From: Gemmatimonas sp. | Lineage (GTDB): Bacteria; Gemmatimonadota; Gemmatimonadetes; Gemmatimonadales; Gemmatimonadaceae | Assembly: GCA_965279375.1 (NCBI GenBank) | Contig: OZ257156.1 | Span: forward strand, 320,001-384,000 | DNA: 64,000 bases | Direction: 5' to 3' | In this document: piece by piece, positions 39,316-48,507 of the stretch | How positions within the stretch are numbered: position 1 is the first letter of the stretch | Layout of the letters: every line of letters starts with the position of its first letter | Position numbers and translations under genes: made by a program | Notes under the pieces: model-generated | Seen by the model: the letters and a program-made list of their open reading frames with translations, nothing else | Told to the model about the DNA's origin: nothing | The model's database searches: none

Positions 39316-39341
39316 TATTCAGCAGCCTCTCCGAAAGTTCC
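39316..39341 (-). promoter_or_regulatory. Putative ECF promoter GGAACTT...GAATA upstream of the ccdA operon
   Basis: Minus strand reads GGAAC-N16-GAATA ~45 nt upstream of the ATG. Confidence 0.35.
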
Positions 39342-39405
39342 GCCCTCTCTGAAACGAGGTGAAACGCCTCCGTGACAGCGTCGTTCGATGGCGTACATTC
39401 ACCCG

Positions 39406-42400
39406 ATGACCATTCGTCCAGCTTTCGATCGGCTGCGCCACTCAGTGGCGCTCACGATGTGCGCGGCTGTCCTGTGCGCGCAGGCGTCGTCCTCCCGTGT
39501 GGCGAGCGCGCAGGGCACCGCAGTGCGCGGTGAGATCCCACGCGACGCAGCCCGCGAACGCATGCTGATGCAGCAGGTCACGGCACCCGATGGCTTTCGC
39601 GCGACGCTGTTCGCCGCGCCTCCCGTGGCGATGTATCCGACGTGTCTCACCGCTGCACTCGCGCGCGTCGTGTTCGCGTGCGTGGACCCGAACCTCTCCC
39701 TGACAGCAGCCAAGGGGAAAGGGCGCGTCGTACGACTGGAAGACACCGACAGCGATGGTCACGCCGATCGCTATTCGGTATTTGCGACGATGGACAGTCC
39801 ACGCGGTCTCGCCTTCGACGGGCAGACGTTGTACGTAATGCATCCGCCGACCCTAACGGCGTATCGCGATACCACCGGCGATGGGATCGCGGACACCTCG
39901 GTGGATCTGGTGACCGGACTCGGATTCGATCTCGACTTTCGCGGCGCGGACCACACCACCAACGGCATCACGTTGGGCATCGACGGGTGGATCTACATCG
40001 CCGTGGGTGACTACGGGTATCGCCGAGCCGTTGGCAAGGACGGCACGACGATCGCGCATCGTGGCGGCGGGGTGGTGCGCGTACGCACGGACGGCTCGGG
40101 GCTCGAGCTCTATGCCAGCGGCACGCGCAACATCTACGATCTCGCGGTCGATCCGATGTTGCATGTGTTCACGCGCGACAACACCAACGACGGCGATGGC
40201 TGGGATATTCGGCTGCACTACCTGCCGGCGGGCGCGTTCATGGGCTATCCGACACAGTACAAGAACTTCTCGAGCGAGCACATGCAATCGCTCGCCGATT
40301 ACGGCGGCGGCGCGGGGACCGGTGGACTCTGGGTGCATGACGCGGGATTCCCGGGTGCATTCGGCAACGCGCTCTATACGGCCGACTGGCTGCTCAATCA
40401 GATCTTTCGTCATCCGCTCGCGCCGAGAGGCGCCAGCTTTGTCGCGGGCCAGGAAAAGTTTCTCTCGATACCGCATCCGGCCGACATGGTGATGGATGGC
40501 CAGTCCAACATGTACGTCGCGAGCCTCGCTGGCGGCGAGTACACGTATCAGGGCGACTCGGTGGGCTTCATCGTACGGGTACAGCCGGTTGGCGGCAGGC
40601 CAAGCGTTGCGGCGGACCTGGACACCGTGCCCACGCTCAGGCTCGTGCCGCTGCTTCGCACGCAGAACGCCGAGCATCGCCTGCAGGCGCAGCGCGAGTT
40701 GCTGCGCCGCAAGGATGCGCTGCGCGCGACCGCCTCGCTCAAGGCGATGATTCTGGGCGCGACTGCGCCCGACTTCGCGCGCGTCGCGGCGATGTTCACG
40801 CTCACGCAGCTCGTTGGCGCACAGTCGCGCACGGTGTTGACCGCAGCGGCCGTTGCTGCTGATGCGCAGGTGCGGGCCCTCGCGCTCCGTGCGCTCGCCG
40901 ACAAGATCGCAGCGGAAGGTGGACGCTCGCTCGGAGTCATGCTCAAGGGGCTGAAGGATCGCAACGCCCAAGTGCAGGTGGAAGCGATAGCCTCGCTGGT
41001 GCGATTGCGCGCCGTCGAGACCGCGTCGTCCATCGTGCTCTTGACCGCGAGCGATGATCCAACGGTTTCGCATATCGCGACGAATGCGCTGGTATCACTC
41101 AACGCCGTTGCGGCGTCACTCAAAGCGCTCGACGACAAGTCGCCGCGTGTGCGCGCAGGCGCACTGCGCGCGCTGTCACAGATGCACGACACCGCCGCTG
41201 TGCACGGGTTGATGCGTGCCGGTGTGAACGATCGCGCGGCGCCCGCACGCGATATCGTGCTCGCCCTGGCGCGCCTCTACCACACCGAGGCGCCATGGAG
41301 CGGAGACTGGTGGGGCACGAGACCGTCCTATATCGGTCCGTACTTCGCACCAGTAACGTGGGAGGCGAGCGGCGAGATCAGGACTGCACTCTCAATTGCG
41401 CTGCTCGCTGCAACGCCGACGGAGCTCCCAGCGCTAGCCGCGGAGTTCGTGCGCAACCGCGTGCTGCCGCAGGGCGCGGCACCACTACTCGCCGCCAGTG
41501 CGAACAACGCGAGTTTGCGAGGCACCGTCGTCTCTGCATTAGTCGGCTACGACAAGCTTCCCGCCAGCGCCATCGCCAGCGCCGCTCGTTGGGATAGCGC
41601 TGGTGTCGAGGCACACGCGGCTGTGGCGCAGCTATTGGCGGGCGAAACGGCTGTAGTGGATGGAGCGCTGCCGCTGATTCGCGAGTCGGCCGCGGACGCC
41701 GCCTTGGCGGAAGACGTGCGCGCCAAATTGATCGGCCTCATTGGCGCGTTGCCCGGTCGCGCCGGCCTCGACGCGGTCACGCCGCTTCTCGCTCGCACGA
41801 TCCCCGCAGCCACACCAACGGCGGGAGCTACGGCCGGCCCGCTCGAGGGCGCGTGGCGGCGCTTCGTTGGGGATCGACGTCGCTTGCAAGAGCTCGACTA
41901 CTTCATCGATCTCTCGCATGCGGCGACACCGGACGCGCGAACACTCGGATTCGCTGTGTTGCTGCAAGCCGTGCGCGGCAATCGCGCGCCAGCCGCCATC
42001 ACCGACAAGGTGCGCCCGGTCCTCGACGCGGCGTTCCGCAGCCGCGCATCGGGTGATGATCTTGCGCGCGCGGTTGCGGTGATGCGTCTCGAAAGCGCCT
42101 ACACCGCGCAACTCGCCGCGCGTCGTGCTGCGAGCGCTGCCCCAGCGCCTTCGTTGGACTGGGTGCAGCTCTTCAACGGCAAGAACCTCGCGCGCTGGAC
42201 GCCCAAGTTCACCGGTCAGCCACTCGGCGTGAATCTGCGCAACACCTTCCGCGTGGAAGACGGACTCCTCAAGGTGCGCTACGACCAGTGGCCCGACTTC
42301 AAGGGCGAGTTCGGCCACCTGTTCTATGATACGCCGTACTCGTACTACATCATCGCCGTGGAGTACCGCTTCGTCGGTGAGCAACCGCCCGGTGCAAGCG

Positions 42401-42942
42401 GGCCGTATAGCTGGGCCACGCGCAACAATGGCATCATGGTGCACTCGCAGAGCGCCGCCAGCATGGGGCTGCAGCAGGACTTCCCCATCTCGCTCGAAGT
42501 CCAGCTGCTGGGCGGCACGGGCACGGGCACGCGTACGAACGGCAATCTCTGCACGCCGGGCACGAATGTCGTCATGAACGACAAGCTCGTCACCACCCAC
42601 TGCATCAACGCGAACGCCATCACGTACGAAGGCGATCAGTGGGTGCGCGTGGAGGCAATGGTATTGGGCGACTCGGTCATCAAGCACATCGTCAATGGCG
42701 ATACGGTGATCACCTACCACAAGCCGCAGATGGGTGGTGGTCAGGCAAACAACACCAACCCCGGCGTGCTCGTGGCGGGACAACTGCTCTCGAGCGGATT
42801 CATCACGCTGCAGGCGGAGTCCGCGCCGATCGACTTCCGCAAAGTCGAATTCGTGAACCTGGCCGGCTGCATGGACCCCAAGTCGGCCAACTACCGTCCG
42901 TACTTCGTGAAGTCGGACCCGGCGGCATGCGGCAAGCGTTGA
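39406..42942 (+). CDS. PVC-type membrane-dehydrogenase-like beta-propeller + HEAT repeats + DUF1080 (3-keto-disaccharide hydrolase) protein
   Basis: PDGF...FA, EDTDSDGHAD, GIDGWIY..GD, GTRNIYD; Ala/Leu HEAT repeats; WVQLFNGKNL..W, NNGIM, G.ITLQAE...DFR. Confidence 0.8.
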   Translation: MTIRPAFDRLRHSVALTMCAAVLCAQASSSRVASAQGTAVRGEIPRDAARERMLMQQVTAPDGFRATLFAAPPVAMYPTCLTAALARVVFACVDPNLSLTAAKGKGRVVRLEDTDSDGHADRYSVFATMDSPRGLAFDGQTLYVMHPPTLTAYRDTTGDGIADTSVDLVTGLGFDLDFRGADHTTNGITLGIDGWIYIAVGDYGYRRAVGKDGTTIAHRGGGVVRVRTDGSGLELYASGTRNIYDLAVDPMLHVFTRDNTNDGDGWDIRLHYLPAGAFMGYPTQYKNFSSEHMQSLADYGGGAGTGGLWVHDAGFPGAFGNALYTADWLLNQIFRHPLAPRGASFVAGQEKFLSIPHPADMVMDGQSNMYVASLAGGEYTYQGDSVGFIVRVQPVGGRPSVAADLDTVPTLRLVPLLRTQNAEHRLQAQRELLRRKDALRATASLKAMILGATAPDFARVAAMFTLTQLVGAQSRTVLTAAAVAADAQVRALALRALADKIAAEGGRSLGVMLKGLKDRNAQVQVEAIASLVRLRAVETASSIVLLTASDDPTVSHIATNALVSLNAVAASLKALDDKSPRVRAGALRALSQMHDTAAVHGLMRAGVNDRAAPARDIVLALARLYHTEAPWSGDWWGTRPSYIGPYFAPVTWEASGEIRTALSIALLAATPTELPALAAEFVRNRVLPQGAAPLLAASANNASLRGTVVSALVGYDKLPASAIASAARWDSAGVEAHAAVAQLLAGETAVVDGALPLIRESAADAALAEDVRAKLIGLIGALPGRAGLDAVTPLLARTIPAATPTAGATAGPLEGAWRRFVGDRRRLQELDYFIDLSHAATPDARTLGFAVLLQAVRGNRAPAAITDKVRPVLDAAFRSRASGDDLARAVAVMRLESAYTAQLAARRAASAAPAPSLDWVQLFNGKNLARWTPKFTGQPLGVNLRNTFRVEDGLLKVRYDQWPDFKGEFGHLFYDTPYSYYIIAVEYRFVGEQPPGASGPYSWATRNNGIMVHSQSAASMGLQQDFPISLEVQLLGGTGTGTRTNGNLCTPGTNVVMNDKLVTTHCINANAITYEGDQWVRVEAMVLGDSVIKHIVNGDTVITYHKPQMGGGQANNTNPGVLVAGQLLSSGFITLQAESAPIDFRKVEFVNLAGCMDPKSANYRPYFVKSDPAACGKR

Positions 42943-43538
42943 CGCTGCGTTGGACGCACGCGCTCCAGGTGGCAGCTGCAGCGTGTCTTGCGCCCATTGC
43001 CAATACGCAAGCGCAGGTGGTCGATGGCGCACAGATCTATGCCAACACCTGCACTGCCTGCCATCAGGCGAACGGACAGGGACTCGCCGGCAAGTTTCCA
43101 CCACTGGCCGGTAGCTCGTGGGCGACCGGCGACGAGTCACGCCTGATCCGCATCGTCCTCCACGGTCTCAGTGGCGAGATCGATGTAGAGGGCGAACTGT
43201 TTAACGGCGCAATGCCGGCGTGGGGCCCTACCCTCAACGACGACGCCATTGCCGCCGTCGCGACGTACGTTCGTCGTTCGTGGGGCAATAGCGCGGGCGC
43301 AGTGAGCGTATCCACGGTGGCATCGGTGCGCGCCGCACATGCCGCACGCACCGTCCCATGGACCGCAGGCGAACTGTCGTCGCCGCTTGAGCAGGCACTC
43401 CCAGTGGCGCGTTGGTCAGAACAGCTAGGTCGCGCTCATGCCGAACCTCCTCTGCTGGCTCCTGGACGCGAACACCGGCAGGTTCGAGCAATCACAGCGC
43501 ATTTCACGGCGCAGACGCACGCTGGGAACGGCCGCTAA
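42939..43538 (+). CDS. Monoheme cytochrome c
   Basis: CTACH, FPPLAGS, MPAW, TYVRRSWGN; TTG start overlapping the upstream TGA assumed. Confidence 0.85.
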   Translation: MTLRWTHALQVAAAACLAPIANTQAQVVDGAQIYANTCTACHQANGQGLAGKFPPLAGSSWATGDESRLIRIVLHGLSGEIDVEGELFNGAMPAWGPTLNDDAIAAVATYVRRSWGNSAGAVSVSTVASVRAAHAARTVPWTAGELSSPLEQALPVARWSEQLGRAHAEPPLLAPGREHRQVRAITAHFTAQTHAGNGR

Positions 43539-43675
43539 GTAGCGCGCGACCGTACCGCGGCTCCTGGCGCGACGGCCATTCGGTTTTCGAGGGACGAGAC
43601 CCGAACCGGCAGTCCTTCCCGGGCAACGATGAGTTCGTTGTGCGGCCGATGCTCCGGGCGCGATAGTTTCTCGAC

Positions 43676-43706
43676 CGATGAGTTCGAACCGGGACCGGAG
43701 TCAAAG
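43676..43706 (+). promoter_or_regulatory. Putative autoregulatory SigG-type promoter CGATGA-N18-GTC
   Basis: CGATGA at 43676, 18-nt spacer, GTCAAAG at 43700; second partial CGATGAGTTCG at 43627. Confidence 0.55.
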
Positions 43707-43753
43707 CCTTAACGACGCTCCCGCCACCTCCCAGACACTCGCCGACCGCCCGC

Positions 43754-44740
43754 ATGAATCCGATTGCCGTGCACGACTCCGTGCAGGATGCTGCGCTCGA
43801 AAGTCATCGCCCCGCACTGACTGGGCATTGCTATCGCATGCTGGGCTCCATCATGGATGCCGACGATGCGGTGCAAGAAACGATGCTGCGCGCGTGGCGT
43901 GCACGAGACCGTTTTGACGGTCGCGCCTCGCTCGGCACGTGGCTGTATCGCATTGCGACCAACGTCTGTCTCGATGCGCTCGCCGATCGTGCGCCGCGAC
44001 ATCGCCCGATCGAGACGGGACCAGTGGGCACCACGGAGGACACGCTCGTAGAAATGCCGCGCACCCATTGGCTGGAGCCCATTCCTGACGCGCGCGCGAT
44101 ACCCGCCGAGGGTGATCCGCATGAGCGAGCGGTCCTGCGCGAAAGCATCCGCCTGGCGTTCGTTGCAGCGCTGCAGAAGCTTCCGCCGCGCCAGCGCGCA
44201 GCTCTCATCCTGACGCAGGTGCTCAACTGGTCGGCGGCCGAAGTCGCCGAGTGTCTGGACATGTCGGTGGCGGCGGTGAACAGCGCACTTCAACGTGCCC
44301 GGGCGACTCTGGCCGACGCCCGCGTCGATGCGCAGCTCTCGCGGAAGTCGCCGTTCAGCCCCGTCGCTCTCTCACCCGAGCAGCAACTGCTCGTCGATCG
44401 GTTCGTGGCGGCATTCGAAGCGTATGATGTGCCGGCTCTCACAGCACTGTTACGCGAAGATGCCACGACCTCCATGCCACCGTTCGCCTTGTGGCTGCAA
44501 GGCCGAACAGACATTGGCGCGTGGCTCTTGGGACGAGGCATCGAATGCAAAGGCTCGCGTCTCGTTACCACAGCCGCGTGCGGCTCACCGGCGTTCGGTC
44601 AGTATCGCGATAACGGCAAGAAGCCGTGGGCGTTGATCGTGCTGGAGCTCGACGGCGATGAGATCGCGGCGATGAACTACTTCCTCGATACGGACACGCT
44701 GTTTCCGCAGTTCGGCCTGCCGGCGCAGCTCGTTTCCTAA
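43754..44740 (+). CDS. ECF sigma factor with SnoaL-like C-terminal extension (SigG-like)
   Basis: [54 protein letters not shown]. Confidence 0.92.
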   Translation: MNPIAVHDSVQDAALESHRPALTGHCYRMLGSIMDADDAVQETMLRAWRARDRFDGRASLGTWLYRIATNVCLDALADRAPRHRPIETGPVGTTEDTLVEMPRTHWLEPIPDARAIPAEGDPHERAVLRESIRLAFVAALQKLPPRQRAALILTQVLNWSAAEVAECLDMSVAAVNSALQRARATLADARVDAQLSRKSPFSPVALSPEQQLLVDRFVAAFEAYDVPALTALLREDATTSMPPFALWLQGRTDIGAWLLGRGIECKGSRLVTTAACGSPAFGQYRDNGKKPWALIVLELDGDEIAAMNYFLDTDTLFPQFGLPAQLVS

Positions 44741-44803
44741 CTCGAGCACTATTCCGCTGGCATGCCCATCGTCTATCCGATCACTCTCCACCGGTATCCG
44801 CTC

Positions 44804-45211
44804 ATGGCTGCCTCCCGCAAACTCTTCGTCAACCTTCGCGTCAACGATCTCGCCCGGTCGATGGCGTTCTTCTCCGCGCTCGGATTCTCCTTCAACAAGC
44901 AGTTCACCGATGACAACGCGGCCTGCATGGTGGTCAGCGAAGAGAGCTACTTCATGCTGCTGACGGACGCCTTTTTCCGTCGCTTCACGACCAAGGAGCC
45001 AGTGGACACATCGAGGCACATTGAAGGAATGTTCGCTTTCTCCTGCGACAGCCGCGCCGAAGTGGACACGCTGATGGAGAAGGCGATGGCCGCGGGCGGT
45101 ACGCCGGCGATGCCGGTGCAGGACCATGGATTCATGTACGCGCACAGCTTTCACGATCTCGACGGGCATCACTGGGAAGTGCTGTGGATGGACCCGACGA
45201 CGATTCAGTAG
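44804..45211 (+). CDS. VOC/glyoxalase family protein
   Basis: FVNLRVNDLARSMAFF..LGF, DHGFMY..SF.DLDGHHWE. Confidence 0.92.
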   Translation: MAASRKLFVNLRVNDLARSMAFFSALGFSFNKQFTDDNAACMVVSEESYFMLLTDAFFRRFTTKEPVDTSRHIEGMFAFSCDSRAEVDTLMEKAMAAGGTPAMPVQDHGFMYAHSFHDLDGHHWEVLWMDPTTIQ

Positions 45212-45285
45212 TATCGACCCACATCACCGGGGAGCAGCCTCGAAGGCGGCACTCGCACCGATCGCATGACGCGTAGATTCCGGCG

Positions 45286-45666
45286 ATGAAGCTCAATCTC
45301 CTGGTCGTGATCACCGCGGTCGTTTACGCGCTGCCCGGGCTAGTATTCACGTTCGCGCCGGACGAGGTGCTGCTGCGCCTCGGGCTCGCGGCAGCGCCGC
45401 CACTGCTCCACTGGCTGTTGGAGCTGCTGGGCGGCGCGCTGATGGGTCTGGCCATCATGAACGCCATGCAGCGCTACGCGATGGTGGGTGGCGTGTACGG
45501 CAGGCCGTTGCTCCTTGCCAATCTCACGCTGCTCTCCATTGGCGGACTCTCGAGCCTGCGACTGTGGCGCACCACGGGCGATCAGCGCATCCTGATCGCA
45601 GCGGTGATCTTGTGCGCGCTGCTCGCCGCCTACGGCCGTCTCCTGTTCAAGAGCCCCACGCCGTAG
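45286..45666 (+). CDS. Small 4-TM hypothetical protein
   Basis: Four hydrophobic segments; GGVYGRP motif. Confidence 0.7.
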   Translation: MKLNLLVVITAVVYALPGLVFTFAPDEVLLRLGLAAAPPLLHWLLELLGGALMGLAIMNAMQRYAMVGGVYGRPLLLANLTLLSIGGLSSLRLWRTTGDQRILIAAVILCALLAAYGRLLFKSPTP

Positions 45667-45678
45667 CGAACCTCCGGA

Positions 45679-46602
45679 TCAGTGAGCCTTGAGCCACTCG
45701 ATCAATAGTGGATTCACCACGTCGGTCCGTTCCATGTGCGGCAGGTGACCGGCGCGTTCGATCGGATGAAACTCGGCCTGCGGAATTCCGCGTCGCAGCT
45801 GTTCAGCGTTCTCGATCTTGACCGTCTGATCTTCCTTGCCCCAGATGAGCAGCGTGGGCTTTCCGGCCTTACCAGCGGCTGCATACAGCGAGTCGGCGCT
45901 GACCGATGCAGCCGCGATCCGCGTGCGCAGCAGCGAGCGCCCGAAGCCCTTGAACTGCATCTGCACGCGATAGCGATCTGCCCAGTCCGGCCACTTGGCG
46001 GGCTCCACGAAATCGCTGGCTTGACCGTCAGCCATAGTCGGCACCGCCAGCGCCTGCCACAGCAGCTCGCCCATCACCGGCAGCGTGAAGAAGGACGGCA
46101 CCCCGCCGATCGTGCCCGCCGCCGGATCTACCAACACATGCGACCGCACGCGCTCAGGATGGCGGCTCACAAAGGTGCCCGTGACCGGACCGCCGAAGGA
46201 GAGCCCGATCACATGCACCGAGTCACGCCAGCCGAGTGAATCGAGGACTCCGCTGAGCTGCCGATCGAAGAGCCCGAGGTCGTACTCGGCGTCGGGGCGG
46301 TCGCTATAGCCGCGGCCGTACGTGTCGTAGCGCGCTACGTGAAAGCCGGCGTTGGTGAGTGCGACGTACGTGGAGTCCCAGATGTAGGCGGGCACGGAGA
46401 AGCCGTGCACCAGCACCACCTTGGCCCCGCTGTCAGGGCCGCCCACTTCAAGGTGCGTGATGCCGTCGGACAGCGAGACGAACCGGCCCGCGACACCTGT
46501 TCGTGCGGCGGCATCGAGCGTGCGCGATTCAGGGTCGCGTGACTTCAGGTAGAACAGCGCGCCGGCAATCAGAGCAACGAACAGCAGAGCGAGACGGCGC
46601 AT
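45679..46602 (-). CDS. Alpha/beta hydrolase with N-terminal anchor
   Basis: LVHGFS, GRGYS, GLSFGG, WGKED, AGHLPH. Confidence 0.92.
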   Translation of the reverse strand: MRRLALLFVALIAGALFYLKSRDPESRTLDAAARTGVAGRFVSLSDGITHLEVGGPDSGAKVVLVHGFSVPAYIWDSTYVALTNAGFHVARYDTYGRGYSDRPDAEYDLGLFDRQLSGVLDSLGWRDSVHVIGLSFGGPVTGTFVSRHPERVRSHVLVDPAAGTIGGVPSFFTLPVMGELLWQALAVPTMADGQASDFVEPAKWPDWADRYRVQMQFKGFGRSLLRTRIAAASVSADSLYAAAGKAGKPTLLIWGKEDQTVKIENAEQLRRGIPQAEFHPIERAGHLPHMERTDVVNPLLIEWLKAH

Positions 46603-46614
46603 GGACTTTTCGCA

Positions 46615-47070
46615 TCAGAGGGTTGTGGGCGGTGCCGGGATCGGCAGCTCTCCGGTGATGCGTAAAGTATCCTCCTGATGCGTTTCGCTGCGCTCGTCGG
46701 CGGGAATGATGCCCGCGTCGTTGAGCATCAGCCCCACCGCATCCGGAACCATCGCCGGCCACATGAAGATGCCATTGATGCGCACGATCGCGCGCGGCGT
46801 GCGTCCGGAGCCTGCGTATTTGCGTCGCGCCCAGAGCTCGTACACCATCGTCAGCAGGCCGCCGAACGCCGCGAACACACTCCACGTGACCACGGCCTCG
46901 CGCCACGGAAGGTCCACCAGCATCCACACCAGCACCGCGTAGCTGAGCACCATGCCCATGATGCCCATGCCACGACGCAGTGCCGCGTTGAGCGCCACGC
47001 ACGCGGTGGTCCACAGGAGGATGCCGAACAACACGATGGCCCACATGAAATTGACGTAGTAGAACGTCAT
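46615..47070 (-). CDS. Hypothetical membrane protein
   Basis: Three to four hydrophobic segments; start reassigned to ATG 47070. Confidence 0.65.
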   Translation of the reverse strand: MTFYYVNFMWAIVLFGILLWTTACVALNAALRRGMGIMGMVLSYAVLVWMLVDLPWREAVVTWSVFAAFGGLLTMVYELWARRKYAGSGRTPRAIVRINGIFMWPAMVPDAVGLMLNDAGIIPADERSETHQEDTLRITGELPIPAPPTTL

Positions 47071-47222
47071 CGGGGCTCCGGCGCAGCAGATGGGAGAGAT
47101 CGTCGCACAGGCAGGAGCGTGCGACGCGACTGACGACCAGCAAGTGGCGACCGGCGCATGATGCTTCGCGCATGACGACACTTGAGAGTGCAGCGCGTGG
47201 ACGGCTTACGCCAGCACCGAAG

Positions 47223-48389
47223 TCAGTGCGCTGCTTCCCACTCGAGCATGCCACCGTCGAGCGACCAGACGCGAGCAAAACCGGACCTTTGCATCTGATT
47301 TACGGCGGATGCGCTGCGTTTCCCGCTCCGGCAGAACACCACGAACTCCTGCGACGCATCCAGCGTCGGCAAGACATCGCCAAGCGTGCCGAGTGGGATG
47401 AGCTTCGCGCTGTCGATGCCCGAGACCGCTGTTTCGTGTGGTTCACGAACGTCGATGAGTTGCAGGGCATCGCCACGTGCGAGGCGCGACGCGAGCGAGG
47501 CCACGCTGATCACCGGAACATCGCTCGTTGGCGCCGCCGCCGAGAGCGCCGGCGTGCCGCAGAACTCATCGTAATCGATGAGCGCGGTGATCGTACGCGT
47601 GCCGCAGGCGGGGCATTGTGGATCGCGCGATAGCTGCACGGTACGGAATTGCATCGTCAGCGTATCGACCATGAGCAAACGTCCAGCGAGTGTGTCGCCG
47701 ATTCCCAGAATGAGCTTGATCGTTTCGATTGCCTGCATCGTACCGATGAGGCCGGGCAACACGCCAAGCACGCCACCCTCTGCACAGCTGGGCACTGTGC
47801 CCGGCGGTGGCGGCTCCGGGTAGAGGCAGCGGTAGCATGGCCCGGTTGCCGTCGCAAACACCGATGCCTGTCCCTCGAACTGATAGATCGAGCCATGCAC
47901 GTTGGGGATGCCAAGCAACACACACGCATCGTTGACGAGATAGCGCGTGGCAAAATTGTCGGTGCCGTCTACCACCACGTCGTACCTACGCAGAATGTCG
48001 AGTGCGTTCGCCAAGGTCAGCCACGCCGCATGCGTTTCCACCTGCACGTGCGGGTTGATGCCATGCAAGCGCTCCCGTGCCGCGTCGAGCTTGGGACGAC
48101 CAACGTCCGTCGTGCTGTAGAGCAGCTGCCGTTGCAGGTTGGTCACGTCGACCGTGTCCTGGTCCACGAGGCCGATCGTGCCGACGCCGGCCGCCGCGAG
48201 GTAGAGTGCCGTGGGCGAGCCCAACCCGCCCGCGCCCACCAGCAGCACTCGCGCCGCCTTGAGACGCTGCTGGCCGGCCACCCCGACATTCGGGAGCGTC
48301 AGGTGCCTGCTGTAGCGAACGCGCTCCTCGGCGGAGAGCGTCTGCGCAGCACTACGGTTGAGGCTGTCGCTGGGAGCGTTGGTGTCCAC
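47223..48389 (-). CDS. moeB: MoeB/ThiF-family adenylyltransferase (E1-like) fused to a rhodanese domain
   Basis: RYSRH, GAGGLG, NLQRQ, DGTDNF, CYRC, SCAEGG, CPAC, DVRE, CRSGKRS. Confidence 0.95.
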   Translation of the reverse strand: MDTNAPSDSLNRSAAQTLSAEERVRYSRHLTLPNVGVAGQQRLKAARVLLVGAGGLGSPTALYLAAAGVGTIGLVDQDTVDVTNLQRQLLYSTTDVGRPKLDAARERLHGINPHVQVETHAAWLTLANALDILRRYDVVVDGTDNFATRYLVNDACVLLGIPNVHGSIYQFEGQASVFATATGPCYRCLYPEPPPPGTVPSCAEGGVLGVLPGLIGTMQAIETIKLILGIGDTLAGRLLMVDTLTMQFRTVQLSRDPQCPACGTRTITALIDYDEFCGTPALSAAAPTSDVPVISVASLASRLARGDALQLIDVREPHETAVSGIDSAKLIPLGTLGDVLPTLDASQEFVVFCRSGKRSASAVNQMQRSGFARVWSLDGGMLEWEAAH

Positions 48390-48446
48390 GATGATTTTCC
48401 GGTCGAAGCAGAGTCCAACCCCCGTGCAGTTGCCGCCCGGCGGCGA

Positions 48447-48477
48447 TTGTAGCGGTTCCGCGTAGGAACCGTATACT
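48447..48477 (+). promoter_or_regulatory. Putative promoter TTGTAG-N19-TATACT whose spacer is the dyad CGGTTCC-N5-GGAACCG
   Basis: Read directly at 48447-48477, 30 nt upstream of ATG 48508; GAGGAG RBS follows. Confidence 0.55.
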
Positions 48478-48507
48478 TGCCAACTCTGAGCCTACGAGGA
48501 GCGACAG

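Noticed and set aside
43412..43666. 84-aa ORF overlapping the cytochrome c tail
   Set aside because: No recognisable motif or start signal; it may be a gene remnant but cannot be supported from sequence alone
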